From contig OZ024752.1 in NCBI GenBank assembly GCA_964016885.1, positions 26,970,001-27,034,000 on the forward strand: 64,000 nucleotides of DNA. The letters run 5' to 3'. The position numbers were made by a program, and so were the translations under genes. Source of the DNA: Eledone cirrhosa. Its lineage: Eukaryota. Within the stretch, counting starts at the first letter, position 1, and each line of letters opens with the position of its first letter. Below, piece after piece: positions 44,010-59,670 of the stretch. The notes beneath the pieces are model-generated. The model had not been told where the DNA came from and searched no databases. It saw only the letters and a program-made list of their open reading frames with translations.

Positions 44010-46965
44010 GCACCCGGAGACTTGCTCCTGAAAATCACTAAAGCAATCGACCAGTGCTACCACTCCAGAGTCCAATACGAGAAAAAACGGCTCAAGCGAA
44101 AATATGAGTGGATCTTGTCGAAACGCCACAACGAGAACATCGACACTAACGAACAGACGGACCAGCACCACGTGGAAAACAACAACTTAACAACCGCCAC
44201 CGCCGCAACCACCAACACAGAGCCATATCTCAACGATGCGACGCACCTGGTCACCGACCTAACCGGCACTCTCACGAGCGACGAGCTGAAACTGATACAC
44301 CTCGGACCTAAGTTCATCGTCACACAACATCTCGACGACAGACTGAAACTCAACATCGAGGCCAACTTTTGTCGAGCCGCTTACCAACTTAAATGGGTGA
44401 CCGCCATCAACAGCGCCACAGAAAATAACAGCGCCGACGCAACCCACCCCAAGTTCCCCACTTACCACCCCGACAACCCACTCCATCCCCCACCTACCAA
44501 CCACGAACTCGACACTAAACTCATCAGGCTAAAACACTCCATCTCGGATATACTTCACAAACACACACACACACGCACAACACATAACCTCACCAAATCT
44601 CAACTCACCACTCTCTCCAACCTAAAATCGAAGAACCTCATCTATCTCCCCTCCGACAAGGGAAAAGAATTCTGCGTCATCAGCAGAGAGGCCTACAACA
44701 CCCTGGCCCTCCAACACCTTGACGATGACAACCTTTACTCCAAGTTCACGGGAATCACTTCCGCGCAGATAGAAGAACACATCAACTCCGCCTGGACCAA
44801 CATCTGCGACCGGCGGAAGCTCCCGTAGAAGCTGAGATACAACCTCCTCACGAGGAACAGCAGACTACCCGCCTTCTACCACCTCGTGAAAACACACAAA
44901 CAGGGACCCGACCTGAAAATGAGACCCATCGTATCGAGCGTGGAGGGACCACTCTACAAAATTTCATGGCTCCTAGCCAGAATACTCAAACCCATCTTAG
45001 ACACCTTGCCGGGACACGTTAACAGCTCCGAGGAGGTGTTTAAGCGCCTGCATCAAATGGATCCCGACACCAGAAGGAATAACAGATATGCCTTCAGCCT
45101 TGATGTAGTCGCTCTCTACACCTCGGTCCCGGCACTCCCGGCCGTCAATATACTAATGGAACGCGTCCAATCCACCGACCTACACTGCTTCGGGCTCACC
45201 ACCACTGACATCCACCAACTCCTCTCCATCGTCGTCGACAACACCTATTTCGGATTCCTTGACCAATATACCAACAAACCTCGGGATTGCCCATGGGATC
45301 AAGCCTATCAGGTGTGCTAGCGATCTCTTACATGGACAACCTCGAACGCAAGGCACTCAACGCCTGCCACCCCAACGCCGTAGCCTTTTTCTCAAGGTAC
45401 GTGGACGATATCCTCATCCTCACATCTTCCCAAGACACGGCGAACAGAATCTATGTGACGTTCAACAACACGGACGAGAACATTGACTTCAGTGTTGAAC
45501 ACCCCAACGAAGACGGGTCACTTGCCCTCCTCGACTTTCGAATCAACATCACAGAACAGGGAAGGATCCACTGCAACTTCTACCGAAAGGCAGCCTGCAG
45601 GGACCTATTCGTTCACTACAAGTCCGCCCTCCCTAACAGTGCCAAAAGAGGATACATCACGAACGAGATCGCGCGAATCAAAAACAGATGCAGCGATCCC
45701 GCGAGTGGCGTCACTCATACCAAGCGATTCCTCGAGGTGTTGGAGACGAACGGGTACCCTACCTCGATCACAGACAGAATAGGAGACACCAGACGCAAGA
45801 GACAGAGAAGCACCCAAGGCAAGTGCTTCCTTAAAATGCCACACCTGGGCGAGAAAACCACCAACGCTATCCGCAAGGCTATACGGAGGGAGGGCCTCGA
45901 CATCCACCTGGCCCACTCGGGCCTCTCCCTACGAAGATGCCTCTCCAGGAAACCCGAAAAATCTACTGACGCATGCTCCCTCAGAGACTGCCCGATACGC
46001 CATGCGAACTGTTGCCTACGCACATACGTCGTGTATAAGATAGAATGTGACAGGTGCAACCAATACTACATAGGTAGCACAATTCGACCTTTGCACATCC
46101 GGATCAAGGAACACATTAAAACCAGGGCCTCGTCTTTCCGGAAACACATAGACAAATGCGGAAACAAAGACGGAAGGCCCATTGTCACAATTCTAGCGAC
46201 TGAAAGAAACGTCGGCACGTTACGTATCAAGGAAGCGCTTTTTATCAAACGACTGCAACCGCAAATAAACAATCGATCAGAGAGAAGCGAAATGAGACGG
46301 CTGGTTTAAGTTAACAAGCGATGCAACAACACACAACACACGCACACACACACACACGCAAACGAGACAACTACACACACACACGCACACACACACAGTA
46401 GCATTCCACCATACGAACATACTACACTGCCAATACAGAGGAACAAGGCAACAACACACGCTCACACACTCAAGCGAGACAACAACACACGCACACACAC
46501 ACACAGTAACATTTAACAAACAGGCAGAGAATGGACTGACAGCTAGCGCCATCCCACTCCCTCACTCGGCCGCTGACCTCTGTACGACCGACCCCATTTC
46601 ACGCGCACGCGCGCTCTGCCGAATACCTCAGATATTCAAAACAACAAACAGCGAAGGACGCGTTCCGGACTTGTCCGACAGACAACCTTTTCCCCCACCC
46701 CGGAAAAAACCCCCGGTTGCCGGTTGATGGATGTGAATCCGAAATATATAGGGACTATTAAATCTCTCCCAAGGTAACTCTCTCTTGTGTTGTTATTTTT
46801 ATTTTATCCTTTATACTGTTCCCTTCATTCTACACATCTCACACATCTTATACACACCACGCATCTCAACATAGACCCACTTTCATCTCTCTCTCCACCA
46901 CCGGACCTTGTTACCCGGAGATTTACCCATTTGCATCGTCGAGGCTTCCAAACGACTTAAAGATA
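44010..46965 (+). mobile_element. Near-full-length Penelope-like element ending in (TA)n
   Basis: GC-rich body, CA-rich 3' UTR, partial hammerhead at 46720-46755, then TA array; 5' boundary uncertain. Confidence 0.88.
44022..46309 (+). pseudogene. Penelope-like retroelement polyprotein: reverse transcriptase plus C-terminal GIY-YIG endonuclease
   Basis: LGPKF, PSDKGKEF, KTHK..MRPIVS, FSLDVVALYTSVP, GLPMGSSLS, RYVDDIL, LLDFRI, YRK, then Cys linker, VVYKIECDRCNQYYIGST.R.LHIRIKEH..KEALFIK..PQIN; in-frame TAG at 44826-44828 and a 1-nt frameshift near 45266. Confidence 0.95.
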
Positions 46966-50225
<3,260 letters not shown>

Positions 50226-50644
50226 ATAGACAGATACATAAATAGATATAACGAAGGAAGTGTGGTAAGGAACCAGATGGACCATAACGCGCCAGAGTAC
50301 TCAATACTTAGGGTAGTTAAGATAAATAGCGGTAGAGAGAAATAGCTGTCGATACGGCTTGAGTTCTGCCGTCGGGAGTAAACATTTTCCTATATATATA
50401 TATGTAGAGAGATATATGTGCATTCGCACCCGCATGTACCCCACATATATGTTACCCAACAATTCTTTGTGGCGTAATTTAAGTATTAATGTTACCATAG
50501 TAACCGGTGTTTATAAAACTACTAAAATTATTAGACTGACTGAAATTGAAATCCAAAAACAAAGCTTCTGTTATTTGACATTGTTTAGCGCGCTTATCAT
50601 AAACATCCGTCCATTCACTACATATACAATACATACAATACATA

Positions 50645-50695
<51 letters not shown>

Positions 50696-50972
50696 GTGTG
50701 TGTGTATTTACATATATATATATATTTCCGTGTACACATACATACATAAATACATATATGCATACATATATACATACATGTATACATACATATTCACATA
50801 CACACATGCATGCATGCTTAGTCGACAATGATAAAAACAAGCAAAACAAGATAGAATACAATAAAATTGAGAATATTATTTTAAAGCTGAGATTTGAGAA
50901 AAAGTAACTACATAACGTTTCAGGTTGCGTCCTTCATCGGGCGATAGAGAGAGGAATAAAAGGTGTAGAAAA

Positions 50973-51015
<43 letters not shown>

Positions 51016-51059
51016 TGAAAAAGAACAAAGGAACTATTATGACATTATAACAAGTTTAT

Positions 51060-51106
51060 TGCCGACAGCCGTTTCGTCCGACCACATGGTGGGACTTATC
51101 AAGGCA
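51060..51106 (-). ncRNA. Hammerhead ribozyme, U3-A8 variant
   Basis: TGCC-TTGATAA-GTCCCACCA(TG)TGGTCGGAC-GAAA-CGGCTG-TC-GGCA overlapping AATAAA. Confidence 0.86.
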
Positions 51107-51974
51107 TATAACATGTGATTGTAAGATCATTATTTACATCAACGTATCACTCAAGGCTAGCAGTTTGAAATTATGGTATACATCAGCAACTCCGCTTGTA
51201 TAGTTGGGGTCTATATTCTAAGGGGGCTCTTTTATATTAGTTGTCGGGGTCAGGGATTGAAGTTTAAAAATTAGATAATATATAATTTACGCATTAACAG
51301 TAAACTAAAAGACTTGGGGTCCCGTAGAAGCACCTCAGAAAATCCCTCAATAAGTGCATAAAGCTTACAGGCTCCAATAAACCTACTAGACTAGAAGAAA
51401 TTAGGAGGCTAATAAAATAAAAAATAAAAATATAAAGTTTCCCTAAAAATATATATAAAGTTTCCTATAAAATTCCTTCTAGAGAAAAAAAAAATTTTTC
51501 CCGAAAGAAAAAAAACCTTCTTCCCCCGAGATCACGTTTACAAAATTCAGAAAACTTACGAAGTTTTGATATTTCCTACTAAGTTGAAAGAAACTAATCA
51601 ATTAAAGGTTAATTCAGAGAGCCTTCTATAATTCTCTCAGAAAAGGCCCCTTTAATATTTTTAATAGGAACTTCTTCCGAGAGACCCTTCGAAGAATTAA
51701 AATTTTAGAGAGCCTTTAAGGATATATATAAAAACGAATTGAGGAAAATTATACACTAAAAGTTAAAAATTACGGTATTTTGGATATCCGAGGAATTTTC
51801 AAAGGGCTGCTTCAACAGATACAACTTAGGCATAATAGATACAATAATTTAAGTAATTTAAGTAATTTAATTAGGGAGCAATTCAAGGAGTTTATCAAGT
51901 TGGGCAAGATTAAAGAAAGTGCTAAATAAGAAAATACATAAGCAAAAAGACAATAATTATAAAATGTATTTTTA

Positions 51975-52870
51975 AGAAGGTATAAGGTAGCTTCAGTAAT
52001 CTAACAATGTATTATCACAAAAAATTATTATAAAATTATTGATACAGGATTAACAAAGACATAATAATATATATTCCTGCCTAGTTAAGGTATAAGGTAG
52101 CTTCAGTAATCTAATAATGTATTATCACAAAAAATTATTATAAAATTATTGATACAGGACTAAAAATTATTACAAAATTATTATAAAATTACCACAAAAT
52201 TATTACAAAATTATCAAATTATCATAAAATTACAATAAAATTATTACAAAATTATCAAATTATCATAAAATTATCATAACATTATTACAAAATTATCACA
52301 AAATTATTACAAAATTATCACAAAATTATTGATACAGGATTAACAAAGACATAATAATATATATTCCTGCCTAGTTAAGGTATAAGGTAGCTTCAGTAAT
52401 CTAATAATGTATTATCACAAAAAATTATTATAAAATTATTGATACAGGACTAAAAATTATTACAAAATTATTATAAAATTACCACAAAATTATTACAAAA
52501 TTATCAAATTATCATAAAATTACAATAAAATTATTACAAAATTATCAAATTATCATAAAATTATCATAACATTATTACAAAATTATCACAAAATTATTAC
52601 AAAATTATCACAAAATTATTGATACAGGATTAACAAAGACAACAATATATATTCCTGCCTAATTAACAAGTAATCGAAACACTATTAACAGTCAGGCAAA
52701 ATTAGCTCAGGGATATCCCGCGCTCGGATACTTTACACACACACAGCAACACATAGGATTTGCACAGACACAATGGTATATTCCTGCCTAATTAACAAAC
52801 AATCGATTAACAATTGATGGTCAAGAAAATGTACTCAGGGATATCCCGCGCACGGATATTTACATACATA
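51975..52870. repeat. Nested tandem repeats (110-bp and 290-bp periods, AAAATTATTAC-type minisatellite, two diverged ~130-bp units)
   Basis: AAGGTATAAGGTAGCTTCAG at about 51977, 52087 and 52377; CTCAGGGATATCCCGCGC twice. Confidence 0.85.
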
Positions 52871-53051
52871 CAACAGGATGAACAGTACTGGTGACCGTGT
52901 GGGCGCGATATCCATTATGCGTATGTAGTCATCTGCATATATATATCCTTATGTGGTTGACGATTAAAGGAAAAGAGCACACAATACCGAAATAGAGTTT
53001 TAATATTCATTTTATTAAGTGTAAAGAGTGAGTCTTGTTACTCTGGAGTTT

Positions 53052-53097
53052 TTGTCTGATGAACCTGTGATAAACAGGTGAAACTCCAGAGTAACAA
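53052..53097 (+). ncRNA. Hammerhead ribozyme in a small fold-back (about 53005-53125)
   Basis: TTGT-CTGATGA-ACCTGT(GATAA)ACAGGT-GAAA-CTCCAGAG-TA-ACAA. Confidence 0.87.
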
Positions 53098-53124
53098 GAC
53101 TTTCAATTTACCTTTAATAAAATG

Positions 53125-53157
<33 letters not shown>

Positions 53158-53246
53158 CTAAAATGAAAATATGTTGTAGTTGCTTAAGAGAGAAATACAA
53201 TTTTACTGAAAAGTCCGATATTTGTTTTATATAGTTTTTGCTTATA

Positions 53247-53290
53247 CTGCTAAACGTGTTTCGACATTGCTGTGGCTGCTCATCAGGCAA
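53247..53290 (-). ncRNA. Decayed hammerhead ribozyme
   Basis: TTGC-CTGATGA-GCA..TGTC-GAAA-CACGTT-TA-GCAG. Confidence 0.6.
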
Positions 53291-53775
53291 TTACAATATT
53301 AACAATATGGCGACTTACAAGAAAATGCGTGTAAGGAACAGTAATCTTGTTAGCTTTCTTCGCCGAGTTCTTTCCCTTGTTTGTCATTTCAGTTAAAATT
53401 AAGCTCCAGTTTTTCTCTCACGTAAATGTCCGGGGATTGGGAGATTTGAATATTTATGACTGTATTCTTGTATTTATTTTAGTGCTATGTGAGATTGTTT
53501 CATCTTGTATGTATTTCTATTTGGAGAGAAGTATGTATCTGTGAAAGTGAAATTATGGTTGTGAGCATGTCAAATCGTATTTGAATCTTCATCGTCCAAA
53601 CAAATTCGTCACAAGCACTACCCAAAACGATTTATAAACAAACACACGTTCATACACATACACAAACACTCACACAGACACATACAAACACACACGCACA
53701 GACAAACACATACACACTCACTCCACTCACACACCAACACTCACACAAACGTTCGCACACTCAGACTCTCTTTCC

Positions 53776-53807
<32 letters not shown>

Positions 53808-54837
53808 CATATGCACTCACATAACCACACTCTATTTCTCACGCACACAAACACACACAGTGCACACAAACTTTCTCTCTCTGTCCCTCACACAGACATA
53901 CACAGACACCTCACATATATATACACACATAGAGAAATCCCAATGTAAAACAAATTAACTGAACTGTATCTAATATCAGTAGCAGAGTTACATCCATGCA
54001 TAGATGCGTACAATTTCTGACCACTTTGTATTTACAGGAAATAAACACGATTCACGTGAATTTCAAATTACAAAAGCAACACTTAAGCACCCTGTCCCTC
54101 CTCTCTCCAGCAAACTGACAGTTCGAATGTTATACAAAGACAATTAAAATTCCTTTCATAGTGACATTGAACATCCACATTTGTGATTATCCACTAGGCG
54201 AATCTTGTATTACAACTAACTACCATTCAGTGATATCAAAGACATTTATCTCAATCTGCTCTGCCTTTAGATTTGTGCTATCATCTAATGTGTACAACCT
54301 GTAAAACATAGTAGTATGTCTTACAACAACTACACGGGTCTTCTTCTTCTTCTTCTTCTTCTTCTTCTTCTTCTTGAGAGGATTGTGAGGGCTGAGTCCT
54401 CAAACAGTCTTTCCAGCGCTTCTTGTCAAAAGCAACCCTCACCAACTCATCCGATTGGATACCCATCAAAACAAGCCGAGCTGTTACATGTTTCTTTCTT
54501 GTTGAAACACGTGTAACAGAAATAAAATGTCTTAAAATTCTTCATCTTGCTCCGCTATCCATATATATATATAGCTTAGTGGTTAGAGCGTTGGGCTTGC
54601 AATCGGGAGGTTGGGATGAAGAAAATAACATTATATAAACCCATTTCGGTAAGGAAACACCATACGTTTCTTATCTTGAATGTTCCCGTCAGAGGCACAA
54701 GCTGAGACAAGGTGTTTTTGTGGAAGACATGGAGTTGCCCACGGATGCTAGGCTCTATTCTCAAATCCTCTTATGTTGTCCAATGAAAAAGCAAAGGCCA
54801 GGACAATTTGGCACCAATGACGTTGCAACACACTCCT

Positions 54838-54962
54838 CCAGCTGAGTGAAGTGGAGCAACGTGAAATATAATGTCTTGCTCCAGAATAGATGCACCTCCT
54901 GGTCCGGGAACCGAACTCAGACTAGTGAACCCAGCGCTCTAATCATTAAGCCACGCGCCTTC
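54838..54962 (-). mobile_element. tRNA-derived SINE, second family (CORE-like)
   Basis: Minus strand GAAGGCGCGTGGCTTAATGATTAGAGCG..GAGTTCGGTTCCCGG..GAGCAAGACATT..TTTCACGTTGCTCCACTTCACTCAGCTG. Confidence 0.7.
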
Positions 54963-55324
54963 GCATATATGTATGCACACACATACACACACACACATAT
55001 ATATATATATACATATACACATTCTCACACGCACACACACAGACATATATATATATATATATATACATATTCACACACACGGCCGGAGCTCAGCCGTCGG
55101 GGACCTGGCTATTTTCCTATTACCCACTCTTCTACCCTAAGTATTGAGTACTCTGGTGTGTTATGGTTCACCTGGTATCTAATCACACCCTCTTTGTTGT
55201 TATATATATATATATATATATACACGGGTGTGTATGATTGTGTATATAAGATGTTAAATGATAATTGAACAAGTGTTCAATTTCAACTGTTGAAAATTGC
55301 AAACTTGACTGTCACCACTGAATA

Positions 55325-55362
55325 TGACTTGAAGATTGCGAAAGCATGAAAGTACTTGTTCA
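55325..55362 (+). ncRNA. Minimal hammerhead ribozyme (U3.G8)
   Basis: TGAC-TTGAAGA-T-TGC(GAAA)GCA-T-GAAA-GTAC-TT-GTTCA. Confidence 0.65.
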
Positions 55363-55498
55363 ATTAACATTTAACATTTAATATTCTACCATACTATTTC
55401 ATTATAATATCATTATAATTTTAAAGGATTTACAAGTTGGAATTCCTTTTATTAATATATATATATTATAAAATAACAGGAGGCTGGACTGGTTTATT

Positions 55499-55556
55499 AT
55501 ACTATGATCATTTCAATGACCGGGTTGACTGTGAATCCGGTGATATCATCAAGTAT
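55499..55556 (-). ncRNA. Minimal hammerhead ribozyme (U3.G8)
   Basis: ATAC-TTGATGA-TATCACCGG..CCGGTCATT-GAAA-TGATCA-TA-GTAT then AATAAA. Confidence 0.75.
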
Positions 55557-55749
55557 TCAAAATATAACAAAGGAATATAACAGATAAAATCCATGGGGCT
55601 GAAAATCAGAGACAAGAGGACGACCGACTATTTAGCAGCTTCTACCTCAGTCGGCCGCCCTCGAGTGTTGATTATTAAGTCTACTTCTACCATACGGAAT
55701 GACCAGTTCTATCCAGTGGTGAACCAAGAAACCTAAATATATATATATA

Positions 55750-55962
55750 TATTTATTAAAATAACAGATTAAAGTTTAAGCAAATAAACGCTGCTTTCAC
55801 CCTTAACGGGACCTTCTGAAAGGGTGAAAGCAGCGTTTCTTTGCTTAAACTTTAATCTGTTATTTTAATAAATATTCGCTCTACGGTTCTTATATATTTG
55901 ATATATATTTATCCTTATCGAGCCCTCTTTGCATTTTAGTCTTCCAATTTATTATTATTACT
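55750..55962. mobile_element. Fold-back insertion family F3
   Basis: Arms switch at about 55821; same family as 12138-12257 and 37198-37438. Confidence 0.75.
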
Positions 55963-55971
55963 ATATATATA

Positions 55972-56315
55972 TTAGAAAGTGAGGTTTATTTTTACAAAAT
56001 GAAAAATAACCGAGGTGTCCTACACGAGTGAAAGTATAAAGAAAAAGAGATGAAATCGAAAATGCAACTGGAGTCTTATTTTTTTTTTAAATATATATAT
56101 TTATTTGGTTCCTTTACCGGTTTCGCAGTTCTTCTGCTTTTCAAAAGGTGAGTTGAGATGGAGGGTCTGTGGTTTTTAACCACAGACCCTCCATCTCAAC
56201 TCACCTTTTGAAAAGCAGAAGAACTGCGAAACCGGTAAAGGAACCAAATAAATATATATATTTAAAAAAAAAATAAGACTCCAGTTGCATTTTCGATTTC
56301 ATCTCTTTTTCTTTA
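55972..56315. mobile_element. Fold-back insertion family F2 with two U3-A8 hammerheads (56111-56148 minus, 56204-56241 plus)
   Basis: CCTT-TTGAAAA-GCAG(AAGAA)CTGC-GAAA-CCGG-TA-AAGG; arms centred near 56176. Confidence 0.85.
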
Positions 56316-56879
56316 TATATATATATATATACATATATCATTCTATTGAAACTTTCATTTTGGAACCTTTGAAACGATCTCATATATATATACTTTAAAC
56401 TGTTTTCATCTGCGAGAAACGAGACTTTAAATAAAGTGAAAGAGCCATTACAAGTTAAGGGCGAATATTCAGGACGTGTCATGAATACATTTCTATCTTC
56501 TCTACAATATCTTTTCTGTAATTTTGATAAGTATATTGTATAGTGTATAGTATGTAATTTGTCTGAATACTATGGAGTAGTGATAAGCCACAGGGATAAA
56601 CATACAAGAGATGACTGCCTAATGTTATTTTGTTTATCTCTTACGTATACATATATTATATGTCATACTTATAATACATTGGTTATATTTTAAAATAAAG
56701 TAAATACAACAAACTAGTTTCACTTCTTTGTTGATAAGAATATTTATGTCACGCAACTGTACTGTTAGAAATAGCAGTCATGCATATTTCAAATGACGCA
56801 CATTTTCCTACTTTTATGCGTGCAGCGATTGCAACAAGCGTGGTGCAGCTATAACTACCCTAACTCTGTAGTGACTAGG

Positions 56880-57160
56880 TCAGTTAATTGGCAGAGTCGT
56901 TAGAATGACGGATGGAATGTTTTGTAGTATTCGTTTCGGCTCAAATCCCACCGAGGTCAATTTTACCTTTCATCCATTCAAGCTCGATGAAAAAGTACCA
57001 GTCTACTACTGGGGTCAATTCTTCCTTTATATCACTTTATCACTTCTATCCTCATTCTCTCTGTCCTCCTCTGGAGAAGATTGGGATGTGCCAGGTTTAA
57101 ATATGCACTAGAAATGCCCTATGTCAATACGGCGCACCTACAACTCTCAGGAGTTACGGG
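56880..57160 (+). mobile_element. SINE subfamily B
   Basis: Core plus tail shared with 4410-4735. Confidence 0.65.
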
Positions 57161-58393
57161 ATTATGCATGCATGTATAGCCGGAACAAATATTGAGAAAT
57201 TTAGCCTGACATTCGCACAATTCTGCTAATCCCCCAATCAGGGTAGAATAGTGATACTATAAATCGGCGGATGTAATTTTGAATATGTTTTACTTTTTCG
57301 GTGTTTTCTTTACCCAAAATTCTTAAGGTACAGATTTCATTTCGTTAACTATAACATTCTGTACTACATGAAAAAACATTACCAAAATGGTCTTTCAAAG
57401 TAGAATACTACACTATAAATGCATCATAGATTGTATTCTAATACTGAACAATTTTAAAAATTATCTATCTACTAGTATAGATACTATACACATTTGAATT
57501 ACAAAACTTCTTTTTACATAGTTTCTGCTAAATCGTTACAAGATGTTAAGAGTTAAACTTTATGAGAAACTTTAATAGGCATTTAAGCACAAAATTTATA
57601 CACACACACAAGACCACACACGCGCATATATATATATATACACACACACGGATATACGTACACAGCCAGGAAAAAACTAAAACTAAAACATGCGCAATAT
57701 GATAACATGCATACATTAATTTTCAGATAAAAATATAATTTAAAATTTAGCTCTTATCATGTTATGTTATATATATATATATATATATATATAAACATAC
57801 ACACAAAAATGAACTCAGAGACATAAATGGACGTAACAACCATTCAATGCCTTCAGTTCAACATTTAGTAGATTGATTAATAATTTCATCATGTATTGAT
57901 TGATTTTTCACCAGTTAAATAGTTGATCAGGTATTGATCATGTCATATATCGATCAAGCTACTTATCGATTTCACTAACACCAAACAATCAGCTTCTTCT
58001 GTATTTATTATATCCTCGTACAAGGCGGCGATAAGATGGAAGTCAGTAGAGATATTAAAAATTTTTTAAAAAGCTTTTATCATTGGGTCGACAAATAATC
58101 GCAGTAACAGCCACCCAGACGATTCTTTGAATCATAGTCTGCTCCAACATCCTGGCCTTATACAATTGCAAGAAAGTATTTGTTCGCTTCAAGATGGTGT
58201 GGTGACAGAAGGTGTTGTTCTGCTATATGTAAAATGACAAAGAAGTATCGAATGTTCTACGAAAAATACCAGCCAAATCTTCCTCAAAATACAACTTTAA
58301 AAAAGGCAGCTACAAGTATTATTCCTCGACAGGATTTTCAACTCTGGAATAGATTTGTTCAGAAAGCCTTCAATAGGGACTGACAACAATAAA

Positions 58394-58471
58394 CACTACT
58401 TTCTTAGTTCAAATTCCGTTGGATTCGAATCATTATTCGAATCCAACGGAATTTGAACTAAGAAAGTAGTG
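58394..58471. repeat. Perfect 37-bp inverted repeat with 4-nt spacer
   Basis: CACTACTTTCTTAGTTCAAATTCCGTTGGATTCGAAT-CATT-reverse complement. Confidence 0.92.
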
Positions 58472-59670
58472 AATCAGGAGTAATTGCATTGTGGAAGATT
58501 CCTTTTACTCATACAAAACTCACACAACAACTGTTAAATTGATTTTTCATTTTCGCGATGTTAACATATTCGTTGTATGTTTTGTGATCTGGTCACTCAC
58601 AATTAAACACTGCTGACTATCAATATATTTTTAATCTATGTTAAAAAAGTATTTGAAAAATTGATACAAGGTCCTTTCTTTTGTGTATGCATTCATCAAC
58701 TGCTATCTCGTTGAATATTAAATATCAAAGAAATTTATCGTTGTAGATTATTATGACAAAATGTGTTTGAGCATTAATATATTTGAACATATGTATTCTG
58801 CCCGACTGGTTACACCTGCAGTATCTGGAAGCATTTATATGTTGATAGTCGATGGTAAACAATTTCTGTTCTATGTTTTCTCGTAGCGAGAACATATGTA
58901 CAGGTGTGACATTTATAATCATCATCCAACAACATAACTTAAACTGTAGTAGCAGCTGATCTATGTGTAGTGTTGCAAGGTCTCTTTCCTATTCTGAAAT
59001 TACAATACAAACAAACATTGTTTCATACTCACCAGTATTAGGCCTAGTAAAAATCTGAACACGATATAACATTTGATATTTTCAAGATTAGAGTAGGAAC
59101 TTTGTGATAATGAAGACCTTTGCACAATGGAACAAAAGCTCTCCTGTCACCCCCCCCCCCCCCCCCCAAAAAAAAAAAAACAAGAAAGAAAAAATCACAG
59201 AACCAATAACTAGCTTATTGAAAATCTTTAGCCAACGCCGATATTGTCAAAACTTTGCGATATAAATGAAAATAAATGTCGGGTAGTACTGGTTTGGCAA
59301 GTGATTTGATGTGAATATATGTAATGAATCTGAAGTAATTGCATTGTGGAAGAATCCTTTTACTAATACGAAAACACACTCAACAACTGTTAAATTCATT
59401 TTCATGATGCAAACATATTCGTAGTCATTTTTGTGATCTGGTCATTCACAATCAAATATTTCCAAACTTGGTTACTTGCCAGTTTTATCGGCATCAGTTG
59501 GTATTTTTTCTACTCGGTTAATCAAGGATGTAGGTTCAGGGGTCACCCCAATAAAGTTGGAAAATACATTAAAGTTTATTATTTTTCCATCTTCAGAGAA
59601 ATACGTATATTGATGTATTGATGTATATTGATGTATTGATCAATATCATCATCAACATCAATACAACCCC

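Noticed and set aside
44826-44828. In-frame stop in the PLE as programmed recoding (selenocysteine, as in Naiad PLEs)
   Set aside because: The codon is TAG, not TGA, the domain order is RT then EN, and I saw no convincing SECIS; more likely a nonsense mutation
50572-50944. Two further hammerhead-like remnants (50572-50605 and 50905-50944, minus)
   Set aside because: Core or stems too degraded to call, though consistent with the general pattern
54574-54615. tRNA gene (AGCTTAGTGGTTAGAGCG..)
   Set aside because: Only an A-box/D-arm-like 5' half with no T arm or acceptor stem; a SINE head fragment
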